Assembly (NCBI GenBank): GCA_964252035.1
Contig: OZ176202.1
DNA length: 64,000 nt
Reading direction: 5' to 3' (one strand)
From: Podarcis erhardii
Lineage: Eukaryota
Shown here: piece after piece, positions 62,185-64,000 of the stretch
How positions within the stretch are numbered: the stretch's first letter is position 1
Layout of the letters: each line of letters opens with the position of its first letter
The notes under the pieces: generated by a model
The model's database searches: none
What the model was told of the DNA's origin: nothing
The model's input: the letters and a program-made list of their open reading frames with translations, nothing else
Position numbers and translations under genes: made by a program

Positions 62185-64000
62185 TTCTATGCACTGGCTC
62201 ACGCCAATTAAGTCATCAGTACAAGCTGGGAGCCCTAATGACTTCTGAGTAGGTGACAGGCAGTATGGTAGGCAGAGCTCAGTATTCATGGCTCAGGGTT
62301 TTGCCTGCTCTGAAGTTCAGAATCGGTCTCTCTGAATATGGGAATAACGTGCTAGCATTCCAAGCTAAGGAGCAGATGGATGGCCTTTCCTTCTAACACC
62401 GCATGACAACTTTATTTGACTATATCTTAAAAAAAAAAACCAACTATGTCTTTTCTCCAATATACATGAAATATTGAGATTTTGTTGTATGTACAGTAAT
62501 TAAATTTAATCCATTAAAATAAGGCAGGTAATGAATCAACTGACAGCGCTAATTACAATTAAGAACATTTTCCTCTTTGAGTGGCTATGTCCATGCAATT
62601 GCCGTTATACAGAGAGTAAAAGTCAGAATTGAAACTGCACTGTTCGTTATACTATATGTTTACCTTTCAGTGAACAATTCAGGTTCTAATTCTGTAATTC
62701 ATCTCCTTCTCTCCTCCCTCCCTTCTTCCCAGCCCCAAACTATGTATATCTTGGAGAGTTCATGGAGTTAGAGACTGGAAAATTTAGAAGATGTTGGTCT
62801 ACAAGCCAGACATGCTGTGTGCAATTGGAATGCAACTTTCCCACAGTACTAGGTCCACTGTGGGGAAAGCAGCCTCTCTCACAGCAATAGGTAGACTAAT
62901 TACTCAGTCCATTTTTTAAAAAAACTCTTTTTTAAACATTTACTACAACATTCTTCTATACAGCTGTTTAAGCAGTCTATTTACTCCTTCTTTACATCTA
63001 CTGGCTGAGATCCAAATGGACATGCATCATGATACCACACATTACAAACTGCTTTAAAATGCTGAAGTGCTACTCAAAAATCATAAAATCAGGAACTATT
63101 CAAACTATAATCAAATTCTTCCAGAACCATGCATATTCAAGTTAGGAGTGAATGATCACACTGTTGTTTGCTCCAAAAGGTGTCCAAACTTTTCAAGAGT
63201 TTCAACTGAATACTATAAAAAAAGTATCAAGCCGCTTTTAGTGTTAAGTTCAAAATTTTAAGAAGCTTCTTTACCACCCTCCACTGTACTTCATTTACAA
63301 ATCCCTGAACCCTAAGACTCCCCAAAATTTGGGGGTCTTGTCCCTAGCAGAACATTTCGTGATGAGACCTGGAATGGGAACTCTAAGAGAAATAATTTCC
63401 AGAGGCAAAGCAATGATCTATATGCCATTTCCATAAAGGATAAGGCCTTCCCTCTCCCTGACAGAAACGACACATGAAAAGTTAGTTTCCTGTAAGGCAT
63501 TCTGGGATTTGTAGTCCCAATTTTCAGCAGGAAAATATGCTCTGTCAAGGGCTGGTAGCATTTTTTCACATTCTCTCCCTTTCCCAAATTGAAGTTTCTG
63601 TTCTATGGGACAACAACTCTTACCTTCACTGCGGGATCACTAGCCATAGTCCTGAGCTCATGCCAAAAAACACTGGGTCAGTACCTGCAGTATTGCCCCG
63701 GGATTTTGAAAACGCTCCACTCCAGAACAGTAGCAGCTAACCACTTGTGCTGGCTCATGACATCACCTTACCCCATGGCCTCTCGGCTGATCAAGGAAGC
63801 AATGGACTAAGAGAGGAGAATGGGAAGGAGCAGAGACTATTGCTCCCCACAACAATATTAAAACTGGATCCAGTGTGTGCTCAAAATGGATGAAATATGG
63901 AAGGCTATTTCACCATATAGTCCCCAGCAGCAGAGTGAAATTCTCCAAGTGTTCAAACGTATGTTAAGAAATTTTCTTCTGAGAAATTTTCTATCAGCCC

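Noticed and set aside
63162-63212. Putative exon YSVETLEKFGHLLEQTT resembling the expected upstream ...LLKQTT(G) exon
   Set aside because: It would end in phase 0 with a weak donor, but exon 61575-61816 needs phase 1. The rest does not match the expected peptide, and GTCCAAACTTTT resembles a Tc1-type terminus. The real upstream exon is probably beyond 64000.
1-64000. Search for CRISPR arrays, operons, rRNA or a nested/antisense protein-coding gene
   Set aside because: No regularly spaced repeat-spacer arrays or rRNA-like sequence. Plus-strand ORFs are short, often antisense shadows of DST exons or repeat-derived, and do not form a spliced gene model I can support.

Overview
This is vertebrate genomic DNA, most likely a squamate and probably a lacertid lizard (inferred from a Sauria SINE and the MITE/CR1 content). 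The whole window lies within the 3' part of the spectraplakin gene dystonin (DST/BPAG1) on the minus strand. I traced 37 coding exons with canonical AG/GT boundaries from 61816 down to the TAG stop at 685-687. They splice into one uninterrupted frame of 5,777 nt (about 1,925 codons). It encodes about 13 C-terminal spectrin repeats, two EF-hands, the GAR/GAS2 microtubule-binding domain (with an 18-nt FFLGNQ microexon), the GSR-rich tail and the EB1-binding SxIP motif (SKIP), ending ...SKLDKSSKR*. About 680 nt of 3'UTR follows and runs off the window edge. Introns hold hAT and Tigger/pogo-type MITEs with TIRs and TSDs, a Sauria SINE, a solo LTR, CR1/L2/Penelope fragments, microsatellites and one 197-N gap. 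I see no prokaryotic features, CRISPR array, rRNA or intact tRNA, and no convincing new multi-gene system. The best leads are RNA-level or evolutionary: an unexplained 80-bp near-perfect intronic hairpin, a strict one-repeat-per-exon-module architecture with two-repeat periodicity, and several candidate regulated or poison exons and QKI-type elements around the microtubule-binding tail. Comparisons with human DST/MACF1 are from memory, not from a search.
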